Positions 1 through 13,500 of a DNA stretch of 64,000 bases are shown in pieces. The notes beneath the pieces are model-generated. The model was given only the letters and a program-made list of their open reading frames with translations. It did not search any database and was not told the origin of the DNA. Source of the stretch: Klebsormidium nitens. Its lineage: Eukaryota; Plantae; Klebsormidiophyceae. The stretch is from contig DF237388.1 of NCBI GenBank assembly GCA_000708835.1, positions 12,986 through 76,985 on the forward strand, read 5' to 3'. Position 1 is the stretch's first letter, and each line of letters begins with the position of its first letter. A program made the position numbers and the translations under genes.

Positions 1-1112
1 CGCTGGCTCAGAGTCAAAGCTAATCCTACTCAGTCTGCAACCTAATGTTGGTCTTCTGGGGTGACAAAAGACAAACCCACCTACACTGTTGAGTGCAATC
101 TTGATCACCAGATCCTTGGTAGGTCTTTCAGTTTCTTCTTGAGCTCGACAGTCTGGTGCATGAGCTCACGGTTGACCACGAATACCTACCCACTGCCTTC
201 GTTAGCTTGGATCCGAGTTCTATACCTACCTCGTACAGATCAGCTGATTAGACCGTACTTTCCATTTGTGCAATCTGGTTGACAACCTCGACAGACTTAC
301 TGTTTCTTGGCACCTCAATTTCGCACATTCATGGAAGCGACACCTCAACTCCCTACAGAGCTTGAAACGTAGCTGCATTTCCAGCTTATCCCATGAGAAG
401 GGAGCTTCTGCAAGGAGCATTGAGTGCGTCTGTCTGTCTTGGACGGTTCATCTAGCTGCAAGCGCGAGGCACGCGCAACCCTCGCAGCACGCCTGCATGA
501 TCTTGTACCAAGGTGAGCTCATTCTGCTGCTTTCGCCGCACGATTCTTTCACTTGCGTCTTTGAGCTAGCAACACGACTTCAGATCATCTCAATGCGAGC
601 TCTGCCCGCTTCAACTACAATCTGTTCTATCAGATCTGCAGCTACCTTGTTTGTAGCTCGCTGTGTTTGTGTCCTTTGTCCGAGCTGACAAAGTTCGCTT
701 GTGGAACCTGATTACCCGCTCAATTTCGTCATACCCGCTCCATTCTAGCTGGACCTGACAATATTGCTTGGCGGCACATTGGGTCTGGCTGATCAATCTA
801 CAATGAGTTGCCCAACTTATGATCCACCGCAAGTCGAGGTGTTTTGCTTGCCGTTTCAGTGCACAAGTTTATGCAACTGAAAGGTTCTGGAAGTCTATAC
901 TGACTACCACTCTACTTTGCCTAGAATTGAAGCTGCCAGTAAAGTATAAGCTTGAGCTTGCGGAGCTCAAAACAAGGTCGATTCCCGTCAGCTAAATGAT
1001 ATTTTCTGCAAGCTCCTGTTCCAACTGCACCCCAGACTAAGAGCGTGAATCTGGAAAGTCAGCAGAAGGGGCAAACCCCAGAAAAGCAGTCACAAAGCTG
1101 ACCGGATTCACC

Positions 1113-4100
1113 ATGGGTTCTCTTGTAGGATTCATCCTATCACGCCTTTGGAGAGCCATCATTAGAAGACCGCCCCTGAAAGCAGACCCAATGGACTCGG
1201 CCGTCTTGGACAACGGCCCCAGTTCCGCTTCCAACACTCCGACGCGCCGGCGTATCCACGGCTTCTCCGACAAACACGTGGACGAAGCGCGCGCGTCGGG
1301 CTCGCTCCAGCGCGCAGTTTGGTCGAGCCTCGCGGAGAAGTCGTCGCGGCAATGGACCCACACGTGGGAGAACACGGTCTTCTCCCCCGAGAAGAAGCTG
1401 GGCAACGTGCTGCTAACCACCGCTAACCACCTCCGGAGTGCGGCCAACCACGTGCAGGACTCGATGGGTAGCGGGGGGAGCGGGTATAAGGTTGGGGCGG
1501 GGGTTAAGACCGCGTTCTTGCTGTTGCTTCTGGTGGGGGTTGTTGGGGTTAGTTTGTATGGAACGAAAGAGAGCGTTGAGGGGGAGTGGAGTGTGGGTGG
1601 AAGGAGGTTGCAAGCGGGAGGGGGTTTGAGGAGGGGACCGGAGCTGCCAAAACCAGTCCTGAGGAAAAAGTCATTGCATGTAAGTCTTACACACCTTCTA
1701 AGCAGTAAAGCTAGTCTTAAAGCTGCTAAGCTTGACCTTTCGGCTCTGCGTTTGAATGTAGGAAACAGCAAGCTCAGCGCAGGTAAGTGTCACAGGGCTT
1801 GAACATTTGAATGCAATGGTTTCTATGTCTTTGACATTCGATCTGAGGCGCCTTCAAGTTATTCAGTGTCAAGCACCTACTCTGAGTCACGACCTTGACC
1901 TTGCTTGCTTGTGAGTTCAAGTTGAATAGGCAAGCTAATGTCAGAGGCTATGTTTCAAACCGCGAAACATGAGCAGATTGCACAAACAGCAGTACCAACG
2001 AGAGCGTAGTTTCTCATGTTTTCCTTCCTTTGCAGGCAAGGCGATACCTAGCTGACAAATTGCTCATACCGGCACAAGACCCCGTGCCAGAAAGACTCAA
2101 ACAGCTGGCGGGCAGCAAAAACAAAGCGCTTCGGAAGATTCTGATAGATGGTGGCAAGGGGACGACAAACGGGCTGGACTCGTTGACTCCCCTCAACTCG
2201 ACTTGCAAAGATGGGAAGAGACTCATCGTCGACCCAGGTTAGACATCTTCTCTCCGCAGTCTCAAAGCGCTTCACGAACTTTGTTACTCCAAACTTGTAA
2301 TCCCAGCTTTGACGCCTTTTCAGATGTTGTATGGAAAGACGGCTCTAGCTTTCGTTTCCTAATCACTAACCAGCTGGACTGTCTTTGATGCGTGACGCCT
2401 TCTCGAGTACTGAATTTTGAATGCAAATCATCGTTGCGCCGTCGACTAAGCTGCGGACCATTCCCTTCGAAAAGCCAATGATCACAACAAACCCAATCGA
2501 AGGACTTCATATCTGCGAGACTGCAGGACAGCATACTTTAGAATAGGCGGATTTCGAGCGTTCCATTCTCTCCGAAAGCTGCCCACAAAAGCAGACAGCC
2601 CCACTAAGCCTTATAATGTTTGATTCTCTTGCAGTCCTTCCGGAGAGCAACGGTTATCTCATGGTTCAGCTAAACGGGGGCCTTAACCAGCAGAGGGCGT
2701 CTATCGCAAACGCTGTCGCCGTTGCGTGGATGCTGAACGCGACGCTAGTGCTCCCGTCGTTAAGGGAGAACGCCTTTTGGCAAGACAACAGGTGAGACCT
2801 TCTTCCCGTGATCAGTGCCGCTTTTCTCCCCGATGCAGCTCGTTTGCCAAATACCTCGACGTCGAACACTTTACGGACGTCCTCAATTCTCGGACACCGT
2901 TCTAGCGTCCTCTTTTCAAGCAAATCAGGCTAGATGTTATAAAAGCACAGCTCAACTGATCGCGCCGAAAAGCAACCAGCTTTCTTCAACACGCCCCTTC
3001 CTTTTCCGCCACAGCTCGTTCGCCGAAATCTTCGACGTCGAACACTTCACGGACGTTCTTTCGGACACCGTCCGCGTCGCGTTCCAGCTGCCGATGCCGC
3101 TCCAGTACATCAAGGCGACCAAGATCGACCCGCCCGCTGACGCGAGCGCCGAGTACTACCTGAAAGAAGTGCTGCCGGTGCTAAAAAGAGAACAGGTCGT
3201 CACGCTCAGGCCTTTCACCGACAGGTGAGGACCCAGTTCTAAATGGATGGTTTGCGAGGAGATGGGTCGAACTTGGTTGCGAGACTGCCCAAAAGAAAGC
3301 CCTTTCTTGATCCTTGCTGGGCGAGATTCTTTCGCTCGTTTACGTAGTGGGTCCAAACAAGGCCGCGCCTAAATCAATCCAGCCCCCTCTCCCCCCCCCC
3401 CAAAGTTGCCCCACACAGAAAAATGTGGGGTCAAAAGCGTGTCCTCAGACAGCGCGACTAACTCAAATCCCATTTTTTCCTCCGCCAGGTTGTCCCACAC
3501 GGACGTCCCACCCGTTACGCAGTGGGTACGTTGCAAGGCCAACTTCGAAGCCCTTCGATTGGCGCCCGCGCTCGAAGAGATCGGGCGGCGCATCGTGCAA
3601 CGGCTGACGTTGTACGGACCGTTCGTGACGATCCACCTGCGCTTCGAGGACGACATCCTGGCGTGGTCCGGCTGCCGGTATGACGTCAGCAGGAAGGAGC
3701 AGCAGAAGTTCAAGGGTGAGCTGCGGGTGGTCGTGACGTCAGTAGGAGTGAAGATGAGCGTTTTCTACACCGGTACAGATGCAACCCAGGATTCTATCGT
3801 TTGGAAGGCGTTAAAGTCACACGAACAGCATCGATGTAAGAGTAAGGTGTGTTGTTTAGTGAAAACGAGATTTATTTCTGATGGCCTTTTTATCGTCACC
3901 TTCGCCGCCAAAAAGGGCCAGCAAAGGACGTTGCGCGCGCACATACCGTCAGAAAAGAGTACCCATTCTTTCGTTGAACATGCGGGGGAAAAAAGGTCCT
4001 TGAAACCGACCTGTCAAGTTGCGCAGCGAGAGGGCCCGAGACGGAGACGGAAGTGTACAGACACGCGACTGACATCTTGCCACGTGTCCTCGCGCAGACA

Positions 4101-6172
4101 TGCGCAAGATGCTCGGGTGGTCGTACCGGGAGGAGCTGGGATCACCGGAGGAGAAGCGAAGCGAAGGGCAGTGCCCGCTAACCCCGGAGGTGAGGAAAGA
4201 AGCCGGTTACACCGCCTATTCTTTGTGTTTCTCATTTAACACTCTCTTTTTGTAGCTTTGCCGAAATGTGTAGTTCGAACGGCTGCGCTCTGTCCTGCGT
4301 TCGGAAGTGCCTGGAGGCTTTTTCAATCTAGTATCTTTAAACCTCTAAGACTCTCAATCGATTCGTGCGGAGCTTCTTCGAGTCGAGGCCTCTCAAGTCG
4401 TTTGCACTGGTCACGAGTTACCACAAAGCCGCGATATCGAGATTTAGATATTAGCTGCGGACAAGAGTTCTGATCTTTGCAGTTTAGCGATCGAAGGAGT
4501 GAAGCGGTCAAGTGACACACTTTGCTCAACTCCCTGCCCGTGTCATGTATCAAACGGACCGGTTTCTTCTCAGCTGCTAATGTGAGGCCGCATTTGCGTG
4601 TGCACATCGGGCCCCGGGGGCCGGGGTGGGGCCGTACAGTGTACACCAAACCTGACCCGGCCGGGCCGAAACGGGGGAATCGCTGTCGCCAAAGATCGCA
4701 ATTTCGACCGTCTCCACTGGTCTTTTAACTCCAGACGACAAAGCCTCGCATTTATTGCCGATCTCGAACCATCACAAATGCTTGTTCCTCACTCAGTTTA
4801 AGAGCCCCAAAGTTTAAGCACCCAGAAAGTCACTTCTGGCTCAGAACTAAACCGTCCATCCTAAACCCCGCAGGAAATCGGGCGGTGGCTGCGCGGCCTC
4901 GGCTACTCGTCGCACGCGCAGATCTACCTAGCGTCCGGCAAGATCCACAACGAAGAGGAGTCGCTAGCCAAGCTGCGGACGATCTTCCCCAATCTGCGGC
5001 GGAAAGAGAACGACCTCATGAGCCGCGAGGAGATGGAGGTGTTCGGCGGGCACGCGTTCCAAATGGCAGCGCTCGACTTCTACGTTGCCGCGCACAGGTG
5101 AGCGCGGAGTATGAAACTTAAAATGAAAGGCAATCGGTGAAAACTCGCCAGCTCAACTGCACAAGTCGACCTCTTGTTTGGAAACGGAATCAATTGCAGG
5201 CAGAAGCTCGTACATCAAAACGTTCTGATCTGGGCCAAATAACTTCCATCACGCAAAGTCATGGGCATCTTGTTCTTACCAAGATGCGCACGGACTTCTC
5301 AATCAAGGTCGTTCAAAGAGCAGCATTCATCAGCCAGAGAACTTATGCTGCCCGGCCAATCACCGGCCGCCCTCTTTTCCTCACCGACTTCCGGTAGAAT
5401 CCATCCTAACCCCCGTAGATGACTTGGTGCTCAAGCCGCCAATCCCACCAACTTCTGTCCCTAATTGCTAAACCCAACCGCTGACGTCCCTTTGTCCGTT
5501 CGCAGCGACGTCTTCGTGGCCCCCTTCCCGAGCAACATGGCGGACCTAGTGGTCGGGGAGCGCGTTTACACTCGGCGCCCCGGGCAGGTGCTGGTCCCCG
5601 AGGACCGCAAGGAGCTCACCCGTCTGCTCGACGACACTGACCTCAGCGAGGACGAGTTCGCGGCGCAGGTGAGACGACGTTACGTCAACTGGTGCAGGGT
5701 TTGGTGGCGTTGAGGTAATGATAGAAGGGACTCCGATTTGCTAAAACCACAACTCTTTGAACAGGGTACTGAGAAGAAGCAGAAGCCTGACCCGTCCCAT
5801 AATGAATTCAATAACGGTCCGGAATTAGGTATCTTTCGGTCCATCCAGACAAACAGATTCTTTCCAACTGATTTGCTGGAGAGAGGGACGTTGCGATACA
5901 CTCAACTTTCAAAGGTCGGCGAAATGCGACGCCAAGAACCTTCTTGAATCCAGATTCTTCCGGATGATACTCATAAAAGTTGCAGGGCCGCCTTGTGTAA
6001 GTTGGGATCTGACAGCTGGCATCTTTTCCCGCAGGTGAAAGCGCTCCGCAAGACGTCCATGTCGAAATTCGGCCCCGAGGGGCCGGTGTACAGTAACCCG
6101 CAGAGACCCGACTCGGTTTACGCTAACCCAAGGAAGCACTGCCAGTGCGACGACTCGGTTTCAGAGATGTAG
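1113..6172 (+). CDS. O-fucosyltransferase family protein (plant GT106/O-FucT type, type II membrane), 9 exons, ~659 aa
   Basis: Exons 1113-1679, 2036-2237, 2635-2791, 3015-3224, 3489-3715, 4098-4189, 4874-5097, 5506-5668 and 6035-6172, all GT-AG and phase-consistent (1980 nt). Family motifs SNGYLMVQLNGGLNQQR..NATLVLP, FAEIFDVEHF, IHLRFEDDILAWSGC, GQCPLTPEE, ALDFYVA and SDVF..SNMA. Hydrophobic segment TAFLLLLLVGVVGVSLYG in exon 1. The start Met and the exon 1 donor are less certain. Confidence 0.88.
2821..2900 (+). repeat. Degenerate intronic copy of the O-FucT exon 4 acceptor and exon start
   Basis: tgcag|ctcgtttgccaaatacctcgacgtcgaacactttacggacgt (2839) versus acag|ctcgttcgccgaaatcttcgacgtcgaacacttcacggacgt (3015). 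Confidence 0.85.
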
Positions 6173-7529
6173 ATACCCTGTACCAATTCCAACCACTTTC
6201 CAGTCCATATTTATATCGTCCTACTTTAGTCATGCCAGATCTGGCAACCAGACGTCCTCAGTTCTCTAGGTAGAGACCGCTATGCTAGTTTGATACGCAG
6301 CATCGCTTTGCTCTTGGTTCCCTTTCACCAATCGGACCGTCGTCCCGTGACAACGAAAGTTGTCAACTTTCACTCCGGGGAGTTTAGGTAGCACGAGAAA
6401 GGATCGTAGAACGGGGTTTTGGTCCATGCAGAGTTTCACACTTATCTAACCCACGCTTACTTCGATAGTTGAAGCTGAACAATTGACGGTTCTCTCTGCA
6501 ATATCGGCTATGCGCACGGCGGCGTGCAAACTTGAAGGCACGCGAAACGGACGTATTTTTAAGGGTGGCGGCCAGCGGCTAGCATAAATAGGCCTGCAGA
6601 TCAGCAAGGGTCGTTGAGTGTTGGACAAGAAAATGATCAAGCTATAGAGCAATCAATTGTGTCAGATCGCCCTAATTGCTGATCCGATCGACTCGGGGTG
6701 ACCACCGCAGTTCGTGAATTCGTGAATGTTGAACGTGTCCGATTTAAAAGCAGTTTCAACCTGTAACAGTTGATTTATCTTGCGCAGAGCTTGGCGCAAA
6801 TTGACGATCGGTATCGGACATGTTATCATCTAAGCGGGCCCTGTTGACCTCATGACTATGCCTCAGTGCATGACACTAGTCAGGCCGGCCGCCGGCTGGA
6901 GATAAGCTCCGAGCCTGCATGTGTCACTCCACCAAATCGATACGTACGTCTAGCCTGGCTGCACGTGCCGGTCAAAATCTCATGCAGCATACGCTTTTCA
7001 TCATGATGATGAGTCTGTAGAGACGGGCCCAGCATATATCGTCTCCGACAGTTTTGGCAGCAGCCTGGCTGGCAAACGTTGACAGTGAGTGAATCGCTAG
7101 GCGCGCTTGATCGTGATCATGCACACGCGCGCGCGACCAGACGAATCTTGTCAAAATGCATTAAATGTGGCCCGGTATTCGCTAATTGTCCTGCATGTCG
7201 GACGGTTCAATCGAGCCCATTGAACCGTCCCGACCACAGCTATGTCATAAGTTCGTTTCTTATGCAAGTGAGACTGTGGTGGTGACAGTCGGGGGCTCGG
7301 GTGAAGCGAGCCACAAGCACGGTAGCCCATTGCTAAACCGGTTTTGAGATCTACAAACGGCAGTCGCGCGGCGTGTCCGATCAATGTACATCCACCAAGC
7401 ACTGGTGGACAATACCGACTGAAGCGCACTCTATTGCGTTGGCAGCTTTGGCTAACCTGAATTTCTGCTAGACGACGCACGTCAGCACGTTATGCGAACA
7501 AGGTACCCTCGTTTGCGAGCTTAACAAGA

Positions 7530-10500
7530 TTACACTTTGTCTAATTGAGCTACTGGTCGCTTGAGACCTGCAAAGGAATGAAAACGCGTCAGCAAAACCC
7601 CGCTTTCTTCCAAGAGGGTCAAACCGATCATTGAGCGGAAAGTATGTGAACCCACTGGGGTATTCTGTCGGCAGAAAGCACAAAGAGAGGTGACCGGACC
7701 GTCGTTGTCATTCCCTGTATCCTGGCACTTCTACTTGGCTGATTCGAGTCAGTTGCTTGCTCTCCAAAACCCTCGGGCTGGCCACTGTGGTACCCCTTCT
7801 GATTCTGCTCCAGATTACAGCCATGAAAGGCTTCGGCTATTGCCACAATTTACCTTGGTAGCACACTCGACATGGCCGCGTTCATTCTTGAGTAGACGTT
7901 TTCCACGATTGCTTCGATTGCTCCATGTACTTAAATTGTTAGGAAGGCTCACCTTCTAGCACGCTTGCGATGGCCGGAGTCGGCACGTGCACCCCCACCA
8001 CGCGGCGCCCATCGTCGGTCATCTCCAGCCGCACCACCCGCAAGCGCCGGTCGCCGATTCGTTCCTGCAAATCAAAAGCGCAATCATTAGGCGCAGTCAT
8101 TAAGCACCCGTTACCAAAGCCTGCGGCGCCATTCCAAGACTCACGGAAGGGACCGACGCGAGGGTCGTCAAGCGGACCGAGCTCGTTCGAGTACCCATGA
8201 AAACACGATGTAAGTGCGGAGAGCAATAAACGAGGTGTCAGAAGAACGTGCCTTTGGTTGATAACAGCTGATCAATAGCAGATTCGCCTTTATGGAAAGG
8301 TGCAAACCCGTCGCCAATCGTCGCGAACAAGGTTACAACCCGCAGCCTTGATCTAGTGATGCGGGAAAGTGACTCGCATGGCAGATCAATGCATCAGGGC
8401 GACATAAACTGCAGAGACATGGAACACGTAAGCCGGAACGACGACTTGATCAAGGAGCACAGCAACGGACCTGTTTGGAGAGGGCCTTTTCCACGATGCC
8501 CCACACCGGCAGGATTAGTCCGTTCAAGATGTGGAGCTCGTTGACGCGCCGGCCGACCGAGCACGCGGACTGCCACTTGCACTTGGGGCCGTGCATGCAC
8601 TGCACAGGGGATGAAACGACCTTCAGGAACGGTGCGCGGGATCAACCTCTGACCGAGTGTTGCTTAGAAAGATGGTAAGAATGCATCTCGGAGACTGGGC
8701 AAGAGGTACATACATTATCTGCAAAAGTGGTCAAAAATAGGTAATAAAATTATCTTCATGTACTTTTTTGTTCAGCGCAAATGATAAAAAAGAAGATATG
8801 AATAAGACTTACATAGTCAAACTCAGATACTTTGGAATCCTATGTCCTCACTAGCGACCGGCCCCCCCTGCAACTGCTCAGCAGCTTGGCAAACGAAGGC
8901 CTCCTCTATCAGGTGCGGAAGAATACAGCTTCCTGAGATTGAATAATCAAAGTAGCTGTTTCTCGCTCATCTGAAAACACACCGACAAGACAAGTCTGTT
9001 CGCGTATCCGGAGCTTCACCCACTCAACCATGTCCAAGGTAGCTAAAGACGATGTTTTGGCGGTCTTTTTTCCGGCGCACCTGGCTGGCCGAAGCGTCGA
9101 AGTCCATGGTCCAAGCCGCTTTCGCTGCGTCCTCGCTCGCCACTTGTTCGTACTTGAGCCGCAGCTCCGCCTGCGGCATCTCTCTGCTCGGAAACGGAAT
9201 TCAGCTATCAGCTTCTGGTATCAAAATTACATCCTGCCCTTTGACAGATCGTTGACACGAAGCAGTCTGCTTTTCAAACGAGCCGTGCTCGGTCGGCTGC
9301 TCGAGGTTGATCAGGAGCGAGAAACACGAGTAAGTACGTCACGCAGAAAAGTATCCAAAAACACACGCAACGTACACAAGAAAGAAGCGGGCGGATCTGT
9401 GTGTGGCTCGCGAATTCCGTTCAAGGAACTTTCTTTTCAGCTTGCGCACTTCTTTATTTACATAAGATACCATTTACTCCAAGCAGAATCAACGCTTGAT
9501 TTTTAGCACTTTTTGCATCAGACTGTAATCCTTCCGACAGACTCCTGACCTCAGGGGGTGAAGGGTGAGAGCGTTGATGGAATTAGGGACGTACCTTCCC
9601 GCACGCCCACTTGCCGGACGATAGATGGTGAACAGGGGCGCCGAGGAGTCAAAGCTGCATCCAACAAAGCGAACGCTCAGATCTGCAGCTAGAGGTTTCG
9701 TCTCGTTCATCGAAGCGTGCAGCATTCAAGGCACGGAAGATTCCATCGGCTTTCCCTTAACTGCGACTGCTTCTGCTTGTCACGAAAGTCTACATGGACT
9801 TCTGTATACTGACGGCCCCAAAGAGTCGCTAAAAATAAACGGTCGTGTCACCAGCTAGACCTGCTAATTTGTTGGCTCGTCACTTTTTCCGGAATGTTGC
9901 CTAGACAATCGTCAGAAGACGCAACGTTGAATTGAGTCGATGTAACAGGGTGACAGACTTCTCACCTTCGCACAGCCAGCAGTGAGTGTTTCCTCCCAAG
10001 CCACTCCCGTCGCGAGATGTAGAACCCGTTGCCTGGGTCCTCAGCTGGAGCCGCTTCCAAGGCCGCGCTTGCGTCCTGCAATCAGCAGACAACAACAATC
10101 GATTGCATCGTCATGCCCCCCTCTTTAACAAGTGTTTTTCAGATGGCCTCCCCTTAAGTGGAGCCGTTCTCTGAACGCCCTGAGCAGCAACCCGTTTGCC
10201 AAATTAAGGATGTCCTGCGCTGGAGTCTATTGACTCACGTCGACGATACCTGACGTCAGTCTGGCTGCACTGTGGGCCCAAGGCCAGCCATGCTGACCAG
10301 GCCTCTTGTCACCGTTCCTTAAGTTGCAGCTTTAGTACACTGACTGCATCCAACGGATATACTAAGTTGTCAAAAAAGAAAGAGAAAGCGTCTTTTGAAG
10401 TCCTGATCGCTGCTGAAATCCTGAAAGCGCACCAGATGACGGGAAAGACAGGCCAGCTTCGGTCAAGGGCGACAAAGCCCGTTACAATGCAAACCAGACG

Positions 10501-13500
10501 CTCACCTCAAACGGCAACCCCCGGTCCACCTTGACCACGCAGTGCAGCGTGGCGGCCGACCCGGACGCTTCCCGGAACACTTCCTCCGGTTCTCCGTCGA
10601 GAGCCACCCGGGCTCCCCGCATCTCGACGATGCCCGTGTCGAAGTGACCGGTGCGCCGCGCCTCGAGAACCAGGGCGTCGAAGTTGGCCACGAAAAAGTC
10701 GAATAAGCTGCGGGGAGGACACTCGCTTCAATAAGAAGTTGAGCGGATGCACGGCTATGAGTAAACCCCACACCCTGACAATCTCATAAGTGCGAGCCGA
10801 CTGACAACGAAACTGCGAGAAAACCGAATAGCCAGCACCGAAATGGCCGTTACGCTATGCTTCGAGGACCAGGGCGTCAAAGACGGAGTAAGTCAAACAA
10901 GCTGCGGAAATGACACACGCTTCACCAACAAATGGTGTAAGGAGTTTGCATAGGCCACGTCTAAGTGGGTGACGACAACGAAAACAGGAAGAACCAATCT
11001 TGGAGGCGGGGCGGGCCTGCATGAATTGTGGCCGTCAGCAAGCAAGTGGAGCTCCAAAAATAGAGTTACAGGGCGTCTTGTTCTGGTCTCTGCCACTATC
11101 AAAAAGGTTCCTTTCCACCACTCTGACAACATCGGCCAAGACAACAGGGAAAGAAGCGGGCAGCTTATATGCTTCGCCGCGGCGCTCCGTCTGTCTCCTA
11201 AACAATCTGATTTTTTTTGTTTTTCTTTTTTTTTTTTTGGCTCGAAAGCAAGAGTATCCAAAGCAAGAGTATCCTCACCTGTTTTGCAGGCCCGGCTCTA
11301 AGCCAAGCAGGCGGTTGAGGAACCGGGCGACGTCGTACATGTCGCTTTCGGTAATGCGCCCGGAGGCCATGCCCCGTATCGACCCCGCACGCGTGCTGTC
11401 TGCAAACGAAACGCGAGCCTTTTCAATTCTGCTTGACGAAGCGTCCCCATTTTGGGCTATTGGCCTTCACCAACCTCAGCCGTCCTGAAAAGACTTAGCC
11501 ACTTCCAACCGACTTGAACCATGGAACCGTCTTGTCACGGACATTCTAAAAATACGAAGAGAAAAACTGTCGAAGGGATTCTCACCTGCGGATCTCACAA
11601 GGAACAAAGACAAGTCCAAACGGTCAAAATGATAGACAGCTCAACGGTCCTCTGAAGGTGGCCCACCTTGTATGATGTTGCAGGACACCAGGGCTGCCCG
11701 GGCATCGGTGATAAAGCGCGCCTCCTCAGGCGAGCTGCGCTTGCAGCCGGGTGGAGGGGCTGGGGAAGGAATCTACATCAAAAACAAGAACTTCAACTTT
11801 AGTGCGTCGTCAAGCACGCCCCGTCGACAGACATTTGAAATTTCGTCTGCAGGAAGACGTTGGAGTCCAAGGACAAGTGTAAGCACGTGATGAGAGGCCT
11901 TGTGCACAGAAGATTGTGCAACGGGCAAGCGTTTCGTGCCACTGCAAAGAACGCCCGTCTGCAAAATCAGCACGGCTTTCATTGTCAACAATCAAACTGG
12001 GGCTACACACGAATGCTCGATGCCTTCGCTTCAAATCGGGAGTAGGAAGACTGCGCTCAATACAATACTTGGATGCTAAACGTCTCATACCTGCGCATTT
12101 ATGGCCTTGTACACAGCTGCGAGCGCTCGCTTCCCCCAGTAGCTGTCATAATTGTATGCACCTAAGGAGGGGCCCGCTCTGAATGGATCCGGAAAATAGC
12201 AGGTAAGTACGATGTGCAATGGACCATTCTCAGAGATAGATGAAGTCAACAGGGCGCCACTTGTACAGCGGAAGCTCGAAACGGGACTCTTCTATGAACC
12301 AAGGCGACCAGGGGTCTTCAATAGAAGGTGCAACGCAGATGCTAATGCGATGCATCGTTTCCATATCGAGACGGCATCTTGATAAATATAACGCTCCTTC
12401 AGTCCACAGCTTGGAAGACTAGCAGTTCTACCAAAACCGTTTGAGGGAAAGGATGGCCCTACCGTCTGTCCCCTTGTGTCAGAGCACCTAGGCTTTCGAG
12501 TCGCTTTGCAACGATCGACGCAAACCGCTTCTCTCCCCCCAGATTTGTAAAGAGGAGCCTGCAAACAGGAGGTTAGCAGTTGCTTCTCCCACTCGGCATT
12601 TGTGAGCTGTGCAGAATAAGTCTAGTCAGATGGCAGCGGTAGCCGAAGCTCATGTGGACGAGGAGTCAAGACGTATGGCAAGGAGAAGGGCTGCCAAAGC
12701 GGCTTGAAGCATGAAGCAAGCCAGAGAGCATTGCCAAACGCACCTGTACTCAGGAGCGCTGGCTTGGTTCGACCGATGCGTGCGTCCAAACTGCTGGATG
12801 GCCTTGTCCGCACTGCATCCAAAGTCCAGCAGTCAGCACATAGATGGATTCTAGAAGTCTAAATTCGCGAAGCAGGAACTTATGACCGTCTCTTTCGTAA
12901 AGGTGGTACTGATGCGGACAGCAAGGGGAAGCTTGTCTGTACAGCTTACCTCCAGGGCAACTCGAGAGTGATGTGGACCCGGCGTCTCTGCAGAAATTGC
13001 CGGAACGTGTCAGACAACCACGGCAGCAGACGAGAAAGACAGGGAATGCTGCGTTTGACTACGCAGTGTGCAATGGCCAGTGCTACTTCGCCAATGAACG
13101 GTACACAACTCGTTAACTCCTATGTGTCTTAGCGAACGTGCTGTCATCCCAAGCAGTGCATTGGAGTCGAACAAAAGGCGCCGACAAGACGGCTTAGCTT
13201 ACTTGGTTCAGCGCCCTCCTGTCGGCTTGAATCGAGATGCCCGCAGAAGCTGCTTCCGAGATGACGGCCACCAACTGTCACACCACAGCATGGCGTAAGT
13301 CCACCCGCAGCTTGAAATACGAGCTATTTCAGTAAGGATGCTCCAGCCTATCGTCAAAAATCGGTTTGATGCGAGGATCCTGGCAAGCGGTAGCTGACTA
13401 TAGAGTAGCGAATGACCACCAGGGAGACTCCAAGGGGAACGTGCTAAAGCCTAAGTACGCTGCAAGCTGAAAAGCGCGTTTTCGCCCACCTTCTCCCCGT

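Noticed and set aside
1-1000. Stop-poor fragments (ORFs 61-282 and 266-688) that might be a decayed gene
   Set aside because: No motif or consistent exon chain could be built, so nothing is supportable without a homology search.
1037-1771. 244-aa minus-strand ORF
   Set aside because: Antisense shadow of GC-rich O-FucT exon 1, with no recognisable motifs.
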